Shown here in pieces: positions 1-11,746 of a stretch of DNA of 64,000 nucleotides. A model generated the notes under the pieces. It was not told the origin of the DNA. It was given only the letters and a program-made list of their open reading frames with translations, and did no database searches. Every line of letters begins with the position of its first letter. Within the stretch, counting starts at the first letter, position 1. The stretch comes from Macrostomum lignano (Eukaryota). Both the position numbers and the translations under genes were made by a program. The stretch spans positions 63,372-127,371 of the forward strand of contig NIVC01001039.1 in NCBI GenBank assembly GCA_002269645.1, written 5' to 3'.

Positions 1-2
1 CG

Positions 3-533
3 ATGCACCTGGTCGTGCTGAGGCGCAACAATGTGCCGATACCCGACAGGCCGCCCCCTGTTGCTGCCGGCTACGAGCCGCTGTCCGACCAGGACGAGGC
101 TTCGCCGCCTCCGGCGATGCCGCCGCCACCGCCAATTCACCAGCAGCAGCCGCCGCCAGAGCCGTCAGTCTTTGGCGGAATTCCTCCAACCGGTGTTGGC
201 GTGCTTCATCCGACCCCTAGGAAACCGACAGCGCATCAGCAGCAGCATCTCCTGCAACAGCACGCCGACCCGTCCGCTCCGACTGTGCCGCCACGAGCTG
301 CCAACTATCAGCTGGCGTCCTCCGCTGCTGCCGCCGCCGCTGCTGCCGACGCAGCCGCTGTTGCCTCCGGCCAGCCGCCTAATCGGGAACGCCTGCTAGC
401 GGCGGTGAAGGCTCAGAAAGAGAAGAATCACACCCTGGTTAGGCTCAACAATGAACTGGCTGTCGAGCTCAAGGAGGTCACCGAGCAAAGGATTGCCTTG
501 GAATTGGAGTTGGAACGGCTGAAACCGCTTTAA
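3..533 (+). CDS. REPS1: 3' coding end of REPS1/REPS2-like protein (end of EH domain, Pro-rich linker, C-terminal RalBP1-binding coiled coil); 5'-truncated by window edge
   Basis: HLVVLRRNNVPIP resembles the EH-domain end of REPS1 (HLVVARKNGYDLP). The C-terminus KAQKEKNHTLVRLNNELAVELKEVTEQRIALELELERLKPL aligns by eye with the REPS1 terminus ([41 protein letters not shown]). The Met at position 3 is probably internal. Confidence 0.8.
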   Translation: MHLVVLRRNNVPIPDRPPPVAAGYEPLSDQDEASPPPAMPPPPPIHQQQPPPEPSVFGGIPPTGVGVLHPTPRKPTAHQQQHLLQQHADPSAPTVPPRAANYQLASSAAAAAAAADAAAVASGQPPNRERLLAAVKAQKEKNHTLVRLNNELAVELKEVTEQRIALELELERLKPL

Positions 534-716
534 CAGTCCCTAGTCCTTAGTCTCCCGTCACTACTCACTGCCTCAGTTATTTTTTGCCTGACAACCAGAT
601 TATTAGTGCGGCATAACTAGATACTAGATCAATTGATTCTTATTGTACAGTTTGTAGCTGCTGTCTGAAAATTATATTTTCTTTCTGGAATTCTTCCTAG
701 TGTGACGGACGAACTA

Positions 717-1403
717 CGGTTGGAATTCTGCTTTGATTTCCGGTAGGAATTCTGCTCGATTTCTGGTTTGAATTCTGCTTGATTTCCGGTTGGAATTCTG
801 CTTTGATTTCCGGTTGGAATTCTGCTTTGATTTCCGTCTACTTGATTATCGGTTGGAATTCTGCTTGATTTCCGTCTACTTGATTATCGGTTGGAATTCT
901 ACTTGATTACCGGTTGGAATTCTGCTTGATTTCCGGTTGTAATTCTGATTGATTTCCGGTTGGAATTCTGCTTTGATTTCCGTCTACTTGATTATCGGTT
1001 GGAATTCTACTTGATTACCGGTTGGAATTCTGCTTGATTTCCGGTTGGAATTCTGATTGATTTCCGGTTGGAATTCTGATTGATTTCCGGTTGGAATTCT
1101 GCTTGATTTCCGGTTGGAATTCTGATTGATTTCCGGTTGGAATTCTGATTGATTTCCGGTTGGAATTCTGCTTGATTTCCGGTTGGAATTCTACTTGATT
1201 TCCGGTTGGAATTCTGATTGATTTCCGGTTGGAATTCTGCTTGATTTCCGGTTGGAATTCTACTTGATTTCCGGTTGGAATTCTGATTGATTTCCGGTTG
1301 GAATTCTGATTGATTTCCGGTTGGAATTCTACTTGATTTCCGTTTGGAATTCTGCTTGATTTCCGGTTGGAATTATGCTTGATTTCCGGTTGGAATTCTG
1401 CTT
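717..1403. repeat. 23-bp minisatellite (GGTTGGAATTCTGCTTGATTTCC)n
   Basis: Direct tandem copies with period 23 (GGTTGG at 1089, 1112, 1135). Confidence 0.95.
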
Positions 1404-2055
1404 TATTGATTCGTTGTCTTGCTGCTAATCATAGATTTTGAAAAATATTTGCCTCTGTAGCGGTAAACTTGTTGGAAAACTCTGACTGTATCTGTCTGAT
1501 TTATCTGGTCTAGCTAATCATAAAAGTGCAAGCTGTCTTTTTAGATCCGAATGAAAATCGTGCTCTTGGTATTCACCGTGTGCACCTGGCCATATGGCCA
1601 TGCTTTAGTCAGATTTTTCTCCATCCCTTGTCTTCAAACTTGCAATGCCAGTCTGTAAATTATTATTTATATTATCTTGTTGAATAAATGCGTTCACCTA
1701 ATCAGCTTATTAATCTCACGTTTTAATGAGTTTTTTGAACTGATAAATATTTTGTCATCAATTGTACTGACTGTACCCCACACCTGATCTCACGTTTGTT
1801 ATTAATTTGAAGGCCTATTTTATTTTGATATCCGTTGATTGTTGCATTAATTACCCTGTCATCAAGTTATAAGTGTTATTGCTGCAACCAGCCACCTTTA
1901 GCTGTCTTGCAAACAATTCAGCGCATTGCCTTCAATAATTTGTCTTTTGTCTGCTTTTGCAAACCCTAGTGCGCAGTTCTCCATGACTAATTGTGGGCAG
2001 TGCGCTGGCACCTGTTCATTTGTAGAATAAATTTGGGTCTCATGAGTTTTATGGG

Positions 2056-2755
2056 ATTCTAATAGTACTGTATAGGGAATTATTATGCCATTCTAATAGT
2101 ACTGTATAGGGAATTATTATGCCATTCTAATAGTACTGTATAGGGAATTATTATGCCATTCTAATAGTACTGTATAGGGAATTATTATGCCATTCTAATA
2201 GTACTGTATAGGGAATTATTATGCCATTCTAATAGTACTGTATAGGGAATTATTATGCCATTCTAATAGTACTGTATAGGGAATTATTATGCCATTCTAA
2301 TAGTACTGTTACTGTATAGGGAATTATTATGCCATTCTAATAGTACTGTATAGGGAATTATTATGCCATTCTAATAGTACTGTATAGGGAATTATTATGC
2401 CATTCTAATAGTACTGTATAGGGAATTATTATGCCATTCTAATAGTACTGTATAGGGAATTATTATGCCATTCTAATAGTACTGTATAGGGAATTATTAT
2501 GCCATTCTAATAGTACTGTATAGGGAATTATTATGCCATTCTAATAGTACTGTATAGGGAATTATTATGCCATTCTAATAGTACTGTATAGGGAATTATT
2601 ATGCCATTCTAATAGTACTGTATAGGGAATTATTATGCCATTCTAATAGTACTGTATAGGGAATTATTATGCCATTTTGATAGTACTGGATAGGGTATTA
2701 TTATGCCATTGTACTAGTACTGTATAGGGTATTATTATGCCATTCTAATAGTACT
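2056..2755. repeat. 34-bp minisatellite (ATTCTAATAGTACTGTATAGGGAATTATTATGCC)n, about 20 near-identical copies
   Basis: Unit starts at 2056, 2090 and onward. Confidence 0.95.
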
Positions 2756-3769
2756 AAAAGTACTTTAGTATGGAGAATCTTCGTTCCATACTCCAGTCCA
2801 AATTTTAGATTGTTAACTGATTTCTGACTGGCAGGCTAACAAACTAACCATTGATTTTTTGTGCAGTTGAAATTTATTTTGTTCTGCAAACTACTGAATC
2901 ACACGTTCTCAGTAGTCACTATTGCACTCGATTCAATTAATAATTAATAATCAATTGCCCGACACTCAAATCTCCCAGCTACAGTCACCGTACTCTCTCT
3001 CTTCCTTCTCTGTGTTTCATAATAATATTCCCAAGTGTAAGATTTTGGACCAGGATAAATTCAGATTCTCGATTGTACGCGGCGGTAGCGGCTTTCGCAC
3101 CTTATTTATTATCCTCATCAATGCAAGCACTCTCTCGTTAAGATTTAATTGAACTTATTACATGCTTATTATATTACAGTACTATGGTACAAATATATAC
3201 ATATAGAGCTCAGATAGAGACTATAATTATAACCCTTGGAATGTTGCGCAGACCTGTGCGAAGTCTGCAAAGCTTACTTTAGGCGTTCACAAATAGCGTA
3301 ACTGTTATTGCTTTGACAAACTTTTATTTATTTTGATTCTTCGTAATAAGAAAAACTGTCTGCTCTACTTATGAGTAGCATCCATTGTATGGGATGCTTG
3401 ACCTTCAAGGCTTTCTGTATCAGCGTGTGTCGCCAATGCTGCTTCTTAGTGAGTTACAATTTAGCGCAAGTGGAACTCTACATCTAGCAGAAATTGTAAA
3501 ATTTCTAGCTCTTTGCAAGTATATCTTCAACTTTAAAAGATTGACTAGCAATCTAGTGCCCCCTTCGGGGCGCGCAATATGCAAGGAGCAAAAATCATTC
3601 ATGGAAAACAGTTAAAAAAGCACATTTTCTTAAGAATTCTTCAGTTTTAAAATCACCTTATTCGAGTAAAATTGTCACGGTCAAAGTCAAAGATGTTTGT
3701 TTGCTATGAATCTCTTTTTTTCAAAAAATTAACAGACGACAAAATGAAGCTTTCACAATGATAACAGAC

Positions 3770-4400
3770 ATTCCCCCTAAACAGAAAACATCCCAAGACA
3801 GCAAGCATCCCCCAGCTGATAGCAAGCATGCCGCAGATAACAAGTATCTCCCAGATAGCAAGCACCGCCCTCCAAGAGTAAGCAACCGCATATCATCCCC
3901 TGATAACAAGCATCCCCCCCCAGATAGCAAGCATTCCCTGATAGCAAGCATCCCCCAGATAGCAAGCATTCCCTGATAGCAAGCATCCCCCAGATAGCAA
4001 GCATTCCCAAGATAGCAAGCATCCCCTGGTAGCAAGCATCCCCTGATAGCAAGCATCCCCAGATAGCAAGCATTCCCCAGATAGCAAGCATCCCCCAGAT
4101 AGCAAGTATCCCCCAGATAGCAAGCATCCCCCAGATAGCAAGCATCCCCAAGATAGCAAGCATCCCCCAGATAGCAAGTATCCCCCAGATAGCAAGCATC
4201 CCCCTGATAGTAAGCACCCCCTGATAGCAAGCATCCCCTGATAGCAAGCATCCCCCCAGATAGCAAGCATCCCTGGATAGAAAGAATCCCATACATGTAG
4301 CTAGTACCCCTCTCTCCCAAATAGCAAGTACACCCCCCCCCTAGAGAGCCTAAGATATCAGCATCCCCAGTGAGCTTTGGCAATCAAAGACTCCCTTGTA
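3770..4400. repeat. degenerate ~19-21-bp minisatellite (CCCCAGATAGCAAGCAT-core)
   Basis: Recurrent GATAGCAAGCATCCCC; it explains the periodic ORFs on the minus strand. Confidence 0.9.
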
Positions 4401-5098
4401 AGCCATGGTTTAAACTCTAACTCTCCCTTTGACCTGCCTTTGGCTTGGTGCACCAACAACTTCCAATTGATCCTTGGCATCTCAGCAACCGGCCTCCATG
4501 AGTCAGCCCAGGTGGCACGAAGTACTTTAGAAGTACTTAACTAAGTCTTATCGCAGCAAAAGTAAATTTTATTACTGTGTAGTTTTTAAATAAATATATA
4601 AATAAATATTTTAATTAAATATTTTTAAGTAAAATTAATAAAGAGATTTAAGTGACACGCGCACCTGAGAACAAGAAGAATACGAGCTATGAATGGACCT
4701 ACAATTTGCCAGAGGGAGTAGTTTTGGAGTGCAAGCAAGCTTCGTAAAAGTCAAGGTACGAGTGGTACATGTACCTGATCGGTGGCTGTAGACTGTTTGG
4801 CTGTCAAATGCATAAAAATTATGGCCGTTCAACAAACTGTCCTGTCAACCTCCCGAGAATTTCGCTTTAATATGTCTCATAGTTTAATGTGAGTTCTTAG
4901 AGTAGAGGTTTGCGTTTTTTTCTTGTGAGATTTTAATTTTGACCAATTAGGCTTACCTTAAGTCCCACAATCACTGCTAATCGCAAAGAACTTTTGGAAC
5001 TCTTAATTTTAGCTTTAACTTCGAATGCATTATGTTCTTGACTTTGTCCTGCGAATTATTATAAATATCTAATGATAGCAACACTTACTTTATTGGAT

Positions 5099-5422
5099 TC
5101 CCTTCCCATATAAACTATCAGAGGGTGTCCTTAAAGGGGCCGTTTTACATGTACTCTTCCTATACATGTGCAAACTATAATGCTAGCTTATTGATGACAC
5201 TATTTGTTTGCATTAATCTAATCTAACTTATTTTGTTACACAAAGAAACAACCATCTCATACATCCCTTCCCATATAAACTATCAGAGGGTGCCCTTAAA
5301 GGGGCCGTTTTACATGTACTCCTCCTATACATGTGCAAACCATAATGCTAGCTTATTGATGACACTATTTGTTTGCATTAATCTAATCTAACTTATTTTG
5401 TTACACAAAGTAACAACCATCT
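5099..5422. repeat. 165-bp tandem duplication (2 copies)
   Basis: TCCCTTCCCATATAAACTATCAGAGGGTG...AACCATCTC starts at 5099 and again at 5264, near identical. Confidence 0.9.
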
Positions 5423-5905
5423 CGGATAAAAGGAGATTAACTAGGCTCACAAATCTTTCTTTGAAATTTTAGTCTTACAACTTAAGCTCCGTCTATTTTA
5501 GACCTAGCCCAGTTTTACGAGAAAAACTATTTAAACAATACACAGATAATAGAGACCTAACTATATAATCATACTTCAATTCTTAAGCCTGGCTCGTTTA
5601 TTCGAAGGAAGAATGCAGTTTGAGCGGGTCTTTAGCTTGCTTTCTTGCTTTTTGTTCTTTTTCTTGTCCAGACTCCACTCCAGACCAAACCTACAGCCAG
5701 AGTTGTCACGTTCATATCAATTCTGCTTTATCCTGCTTTGTCTGTTGAAATTTGCGTTGTTCGGTTGGTTCATTTCAACTTCTTTCGTTCGAGTTTGTAG
5801 CTTTCTTAGGATTAGCAGGCTGCTATAGAACAAATAAAACTTGCAGTTCTACTTAGAGTAGAAGTGCGCATAAAAAATGATAGAAATTTAACATAATTTT
5901 ATCAG

Positions 5906-5957
5906 CCAATAAGAATACGATTCATAAATTATGATAATAGAAACTGCGCTATATAAA
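5906..5957 (+). promoter_or_regulatory. CCAAT box (5906-5910) and TATA box (TATATAAA 5950-5957) of histone H3 gene
   Basis: Motifs in the usual order about 140 and 95 bp upstream of the H3 ATG. Confidence 0.6.
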
Positions 5958-6033
5958 CACGCGTTTTCTCATCACCCCGCCATTCACCATCCCCTTGTTG
6001 GCAGAGAACTATTAAATTCATTTCGCTTTGTAG

Positions 6034-6456
<423 letters not shown>

Positions 6457-6560
6457 ACTTTCCAATCGTATCGCAACGTATCCCGGTGATCCTTCGATTG
6501 GTTAGCTTCGTCTCGACATCGGCATATAACAAAAGTCCGTCCATAGCAAACTGAACGCTA

Positions 6561-6584
6561 AAACGGCCCTTTTCAGGGCCACCA
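6561..6584 (+). terminator. Histone 3' stem-loop (AAAC GGCCCT TTTC AGGGCC ACCA)
   Basis: Perfect 6-bp stem/4-nt loop at 6565-6580 with canonical AAAC and ACCA flanks, 108 nt after the H3 stop. Confidence 0.92.
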
Positions 6585-7310
6585 CACTAAATTGATGTTA
6601 AAATCGCCTGCTTAGTTTAGTCAACTCAAAACCCCCTGCCTAAATTTGTATAGAACAGCTGCTGAGCTGCAATTATTCTGTTTACTCAAAACAGGCAATG
6701 TGCTACATTATTGTATGTTCGTACAGAAAAATTTACGGAATGTCTGAATAAAAACTTTAGGTAGAGCTCGGGATCTTAGCTTCATGCACATTAGAGTATT
6801 TATTGTAAGTTACATTACTTACATTGAAGTTTGTTTAGGATTAAATTCTGTACTTCGTGAACCTCTTGCTAGTTGACATTTTGTACGGTAATAAAACGGT
6901 CCTTTTAAGGCCCGTGAAGGAATTGCTATTCACAATATACTAAATCTCTAATTAATAGCTGAATTTAGGAGGGCTGGGCCCGCTGGAGGTTAAGGAAGTT
7001 AAAGTAAACATTGTCATGTCATGGTGTACGCTCATTTTTCAACGCTTCGAAGTCAATTTAATAAGGCTACTAAAAATTCAATCATGAAACAATGTGCTTG
7101 AGCTTGTGCAATATAGACTAAGGTAGACAATAATTATTTTTTCACTAGTGGCGGAGCCACTCGCTTCATGCAGCACTTTTTAATATCAATTTGGTTGATT
7201 AGCCAGGTGTTAAGACGCTGGTCTTGTCCATCGTCGAACCTTCACAACGTAGAAAACTTAGACAGCAGCCACATTCACAAGATCGAAAGGGGATGTCAAC
7301 TTAAGCACCA

Positions 7311-8503
7311 GAATGAAGCCCGAAGTTCAGCTCCGGCCCAAACCGACTGCAATCGATAACTTGTCGGCCCAGACGACTAGAATCGCCGAGACATCCCATC
7401 CGGCTCCCTTCCTTGGGGTCCCAGGGGATAAAGGGGATAAAATGGGGATCTCATGTCAACTTAAGGCTCTGGAATGGAGCCCGAAGTTCAGCTCCGGCCC
7501 AAACCGACTGCAATCGATAACTTTTCGGCCCAGACGACTAGAATCGCCGAGACATCCCATCCGGCTCCCTTCCTTGGGGTCCCAGGGGATAAAATGGGGA
7601 TCTCATGTCGACTTACGGCTCTGGAATGGAGCCCGAAGTTCAGCTCCGGCCCAAACCGACTGCAATCGATAACTTGTCGGCCCAGACGACTAGAATCGCC
7701 GAGACATCCCATCCGGCTCCCTTCCTTGGGGTCCCAGGGGATAAAGGGGATAAAATGGGGATCTCATGTCAACTTAAGGCTCTGGAATGGAGCCCGAAGT
7801 TCAGCTCCGGCCCAAACCGACTGCAATCGATAACTTTTCGGCCCAGACGACTAGAATCGCCGAGACATCCCATCCGGCTCCCTTCCTTGGGGTCCCAGGG
7901 GATAAAATGGGGATCTCATGTCGACTTAAGGCTCTGGAATGGAGCCCGAAGTTCAGCTCCGGCCCAAACCGACTGCAATCGATAACTTGTCGGCCCAGAC
8001 GACTAGAATCGCCGAGACATCCCATCCGGCTCCCTTCCTTGGGGTCCCAGGGGATAAAGGGGATAAAATGGGGATCTCATGTCAACTTAAGGCTCTGGAA
8101 TGGAGCCCGAAGTTCAGCTCCGGCCCAAACCGACTGCAATCGATAACTTTTCGGCCCAGACGACTAGAATCGCCGAGACATCCCATCCGGCTCCCTTCCT
8201 TGGGGTCCCAGGGGATAAAATGGGGATCTCATGTCGACTTAAGGCTCTGGAATGGAGCCCGAAGTTTAGCTCCGGCCCAAACCGACTGCAATCGATAACT
8301 TGTCGGCCCAGACGACTAGAATCGCCGAGACATCCCATCCGGCTCCCTTCCTTGGGGTCCCAGGGGATAAAGGGGATAAAATGGGGATCTCATGTCAACT
8401 TAAGGCTCTGGAATGGAGCCCGAAGTTCAGCTCCGGCCCAAACCGACTGCAATCGATAACTTGTCGGCCCAGACGATTAGAATCGCCGAGACATCCCATC
8501 CGG
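7311..8503. repeat. Alternating 161/152-bp tandem array (313-bp higher-order repeat) embedded in the left TIR
   Basis: Unit anchor GAATG(G/A)AGCCCG at 7311, 7472, 7624, 7785, 7937, 8098, 8250, 8411. Confidence 0.95.
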
Positions 8504-8794
8504 TTTCAAGTGATGAAGCTCTATTCAATTCGAATATCGCATTAGCGTGTGTATTTTATTTCAGCTATTATATATTGTTTGCATTGTAATATTTCCGTCG
8601 TTTATTTTTCCGGATTTTAGAGAATGTTTTCGCGGTTTTGATTTGACCACTTTTGGGCGAGAGATTTTCGATACTGTGCGTCAAGTATTTGTAGCATTAT
8701 TTTAAGTGATATATTAATGAAGTTAAGGTTTTGGTCAGTTTTTCTTTCTTAGTTTTATGACAGGTGCAGATTTGTTGCAGATTGCGTTTTATAC

Positions 8795-11746
8795 TTGCTA
8801 GTAATGTCCGATTTTACTTGCTCTCAATGTGGTCATCAATTCAGCAAAGCAGCCAATTTGAACCGACATCTCGAAACGACTAGATGTGGTCGCTGCTCAT
8901 CTGAATCGTCTGGAGCCTTCGCGCCTCCGAGAAACGCACGAGAGGCGCTTCAGTTTCTTGCGGTCGGTGGTAAGTATGTGAAAGTTTTTTTTGAACCCAA
9001 ACCTTTTTCCACGAACCGCAAATGAGAAGGAGTTCAAACGTATTTGCGGTCTTAGCTATAGTGATTTCGATAGCTTCTCAGAAATGTTACCAGAAGTATC
9101 TCGCCTTCGTATTTTGACAAAGCCGTCTCGAATATTTTTGTACCTGAAGAAGCTTCGCCAAGGTTGCAGCTTTCAATCATTAGCTTTCGATTTCAACATT
9201 TCTGCCCAAAGAGCATGCAACATTTTTTGGGAGATTGCCAAGGAGCAGTACCTACGGGATCCATATCAACCGAGGTCGATAGCGTCGACTCCGATTCAGA
9301 CTCTGCTTGAGGAAAATGTAGTACGCGATCAATTTATTCTCGGTGTATTTCACACACTACTCAAAGGCAAGAAGCTTGTTCTTCTAGTGGGTGATCATAC
9401 TTACTTTTATCTCCCTAAGAGCAGCTCACACCACACGCAAATTCGAACTTACTTTTCCGGCAAGAAAATGAATGTGAACAAAAAAATGGCGGTTGTCAAC
9501 AGTAGAGGAAAAATTATCTACACCGCTCCCCTTACCGCCGCTATCTCGCCAACAATGGGCGATGGGAATTTGACTGCAATGCAAGTTGACATGGAGGCTG
9601 AAGGACTAATAGAGCCCACTTTGTTGCGCATTCTGTGCTCTGTACAGAAAGATTATCACGTTATAGGCATTTTCGACAAAGGTTACAGCCACCAGCTTTG
9701 TTCACCAACTTCGGTTAACTTCCGCGACTTTATAGAGACTAATAGTAAAGGCTGCACGACGCTTCTATTTCCGACCAGTCCAGGTGACCGAGTTCTAAAC
9801 GAGCAGTTTGAATTTGTAAATAATGAGGCTCCTGTTGGTGACCGATCAATACCAGGAAAGCTTACATCAATCGAAGCAAATACAAGTCGCTGCGCTACGC
9901 TTTTCCGTTATCTCGTAGAATGTAGCTTTGCTGCAATCAAGCAGGACAAATGCATAAATGAGCGACAGGAGCCGTACCAATGGCTACATGCCCCAGAGTT
10001 TACCGAACGCAGCCGGCTCGATGTTGTTATTGAAAACTCCATGGCAAAATTCAACCGTTCGCATCCAGGATTTCAAGCTACAAGGAGTCTGCCGCCGTCA
10101 TGGTCAGATTGCTCCATTTTCGAATACGGACGGAACTTTGCTAAACGTCTTTTCATTGCGAATGAGCTAGACGAAATTGAGCAACTTGAGTACAATTGCG
10201 ATTTGACTCGAATACCAACGAGTTCTACCCGAAAATGGACAGCAGTGGATCCCCTGGACCCTGAAAGTTCAGGGTTCCCCAGCGTTGACGAAAGAAATCT
10301 GGAAGAGCTTAGCATCGGCCCATACCACGTTCTTCAGTCAAAACGCTACATCGAAAACGTCAGAGTTCATGAGGTACTCAGTAGCTACGCTGGAGACTCG
10401 TGGCGCGATTTCGAATTGTTGATTTCTGAACTGCCAAGCCATTTAAAATGCTGGAAGTTTCATCAGCGAGCGCCACCAAAGGGGTGGAGCAGTAAGTTTG
10501 GAGAATGGAGGCCATCTTGGATATATTTAGCCGTTCTTCATTCCCGTCATCGGTCAAAAACTTACCGAGTTGTCCTTCGTATTTGCGAAACTGCAAGCGG
10601 TAACCGATTCGGATTTCGTGACTCGGGGCTGCTGCGTCTGCATGGCTACTTTTCATCCTCAAAGGCCGGAAGCAGGACAGCAGGGTGTGACAGTCATGTT
10701 ATGGCTGTGGTTAGAATGCTAGGCTGTTATGCATATCACCCCGAAAGCTACAACATGTGCAGCAGCAGCTTCCGATTTATTGACAGTGCTTTGCCAAAAG
10801 CACTGATTGCCAATCTTTACAATGATCAATCTGGTGGTCATCCAGCTCCAAATGCACCTCGCAGAGACAGTGCTGAATCGCAGCAAGATGAACAGAGGCA
10901 CAGTTCAAATGCTACTGGTTCATTGAATTCGCCGAAGAAGTTATTTGGGTTGCCAAATAATGGCCTGCAGTGCTACGCAAATGCAGCAGTGCAATTGTTT
11001 CTCTGCCTGCATTCTAATGGATGCATTTTAAAAGAGACTAGCAACGACCAAGTCCATCGAGAGCTGCTTCGTCTTCTGACGGAGATGCAACAGCGGTCTG
11101 CAACAGTCACTCCACTGTTAACGGCAGTTCGGTTGCAACATCCAGATTCATTTCAAACAAATCAGCGCCATTGCGTCAACGAATTTGTTCAAACGCTTCT
11201 AATACATCTGGAATTTCTGTCATCAGATGCTTTCACAGAATTTTCACTCATTCAAACTTGTCGAGATTGCCAGCGCACAAGTGCTGAAGTTCCTGTTGGC
11301 ACAATCGATAACAGAGTGATTTGCATTCCTCTCTGTCAATTTGAGCGCTCAATGCAATTGTCAGTTTAGACAAAATCTTCTGCGCTTTTGTCGCTCCTCA
11401 AGTAGTGAAATGTTCGGACGCCAATTGCCTGGGCGATTGTAATCAAGAGATCGTAGTAACACCTGGAAAGTTTACCCTGATTTATCTTGATCGTGCTAGT
11501 ATGGATGGCCACCTAAAGCTTCAAACTCCTGTAAGCTTTTCTGCAAGGTCAGCGGGTGTTTCTACACTTGGTAAGCCAGTGGCCACAATATCACACCATG
11601 GAAACCGACTGAAATCGGGACATTTCACAGCAAGCGTACTGAGCTGTGTGTGGACGAGAATTGACGACATGAAAGTTACGTCAGACTATAACCCGTTCGT
11701 ACGTGAGCCTGAGTGCATCGTGCTCGTTGCACTTTTAAACTCGTAA
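8795..11746 (+). CDS. Transposase-USP fusion in three frame segments: C2H2 finger (8795-8990), HTH + DDE_Tnp_4-like + degenerate SWIM + USP Cys box (8991-11369), USP His box (about 11345-11746)
   Basis: CSQCGHQFSKAANLNRH (C2H2-like); IFLYLKKLRQGCSFQSLAFDFNIS (HTH_Tnp_4-like); catalytic GDHTY / FDKGY / LVECSF; KAGSRTAGCDSH; GLPNNGLQCYANAAVQ; HHGNRLKSGHF...WTRIDD. Joining the segments needs two single-base frameshifts. Confidence 0.8.

Noticed and set aside
5420-5900. Divergent H4 or other histone partner of H3
   Set aside because: Manual translation of the minus strand gave no histone-like peptide.
7286-7288. 3-bp (Harbinger) or 2-bp (ISL2EU) TSD for the 5.3-kb element
   Set aside because: The flanks are AAA and TTT (inverted, not direct), and no direct duplication was found with alternative end placements.
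7313-8545. Repeated 119-aa ORFs (MEPEVQLRPKPT...)
   Set aside because: Products of the 152/161-bp TIR-derived tandem array; no coding signature.
8970-9030. GTAAGT intron joining the C2H2 segment to the transposase
   Set aside because: The donor is phase 1 but the nearby AGs (9025, 9028) are phase 0 in the transposase frame; a one-base shift in the T8 run explains the join better.
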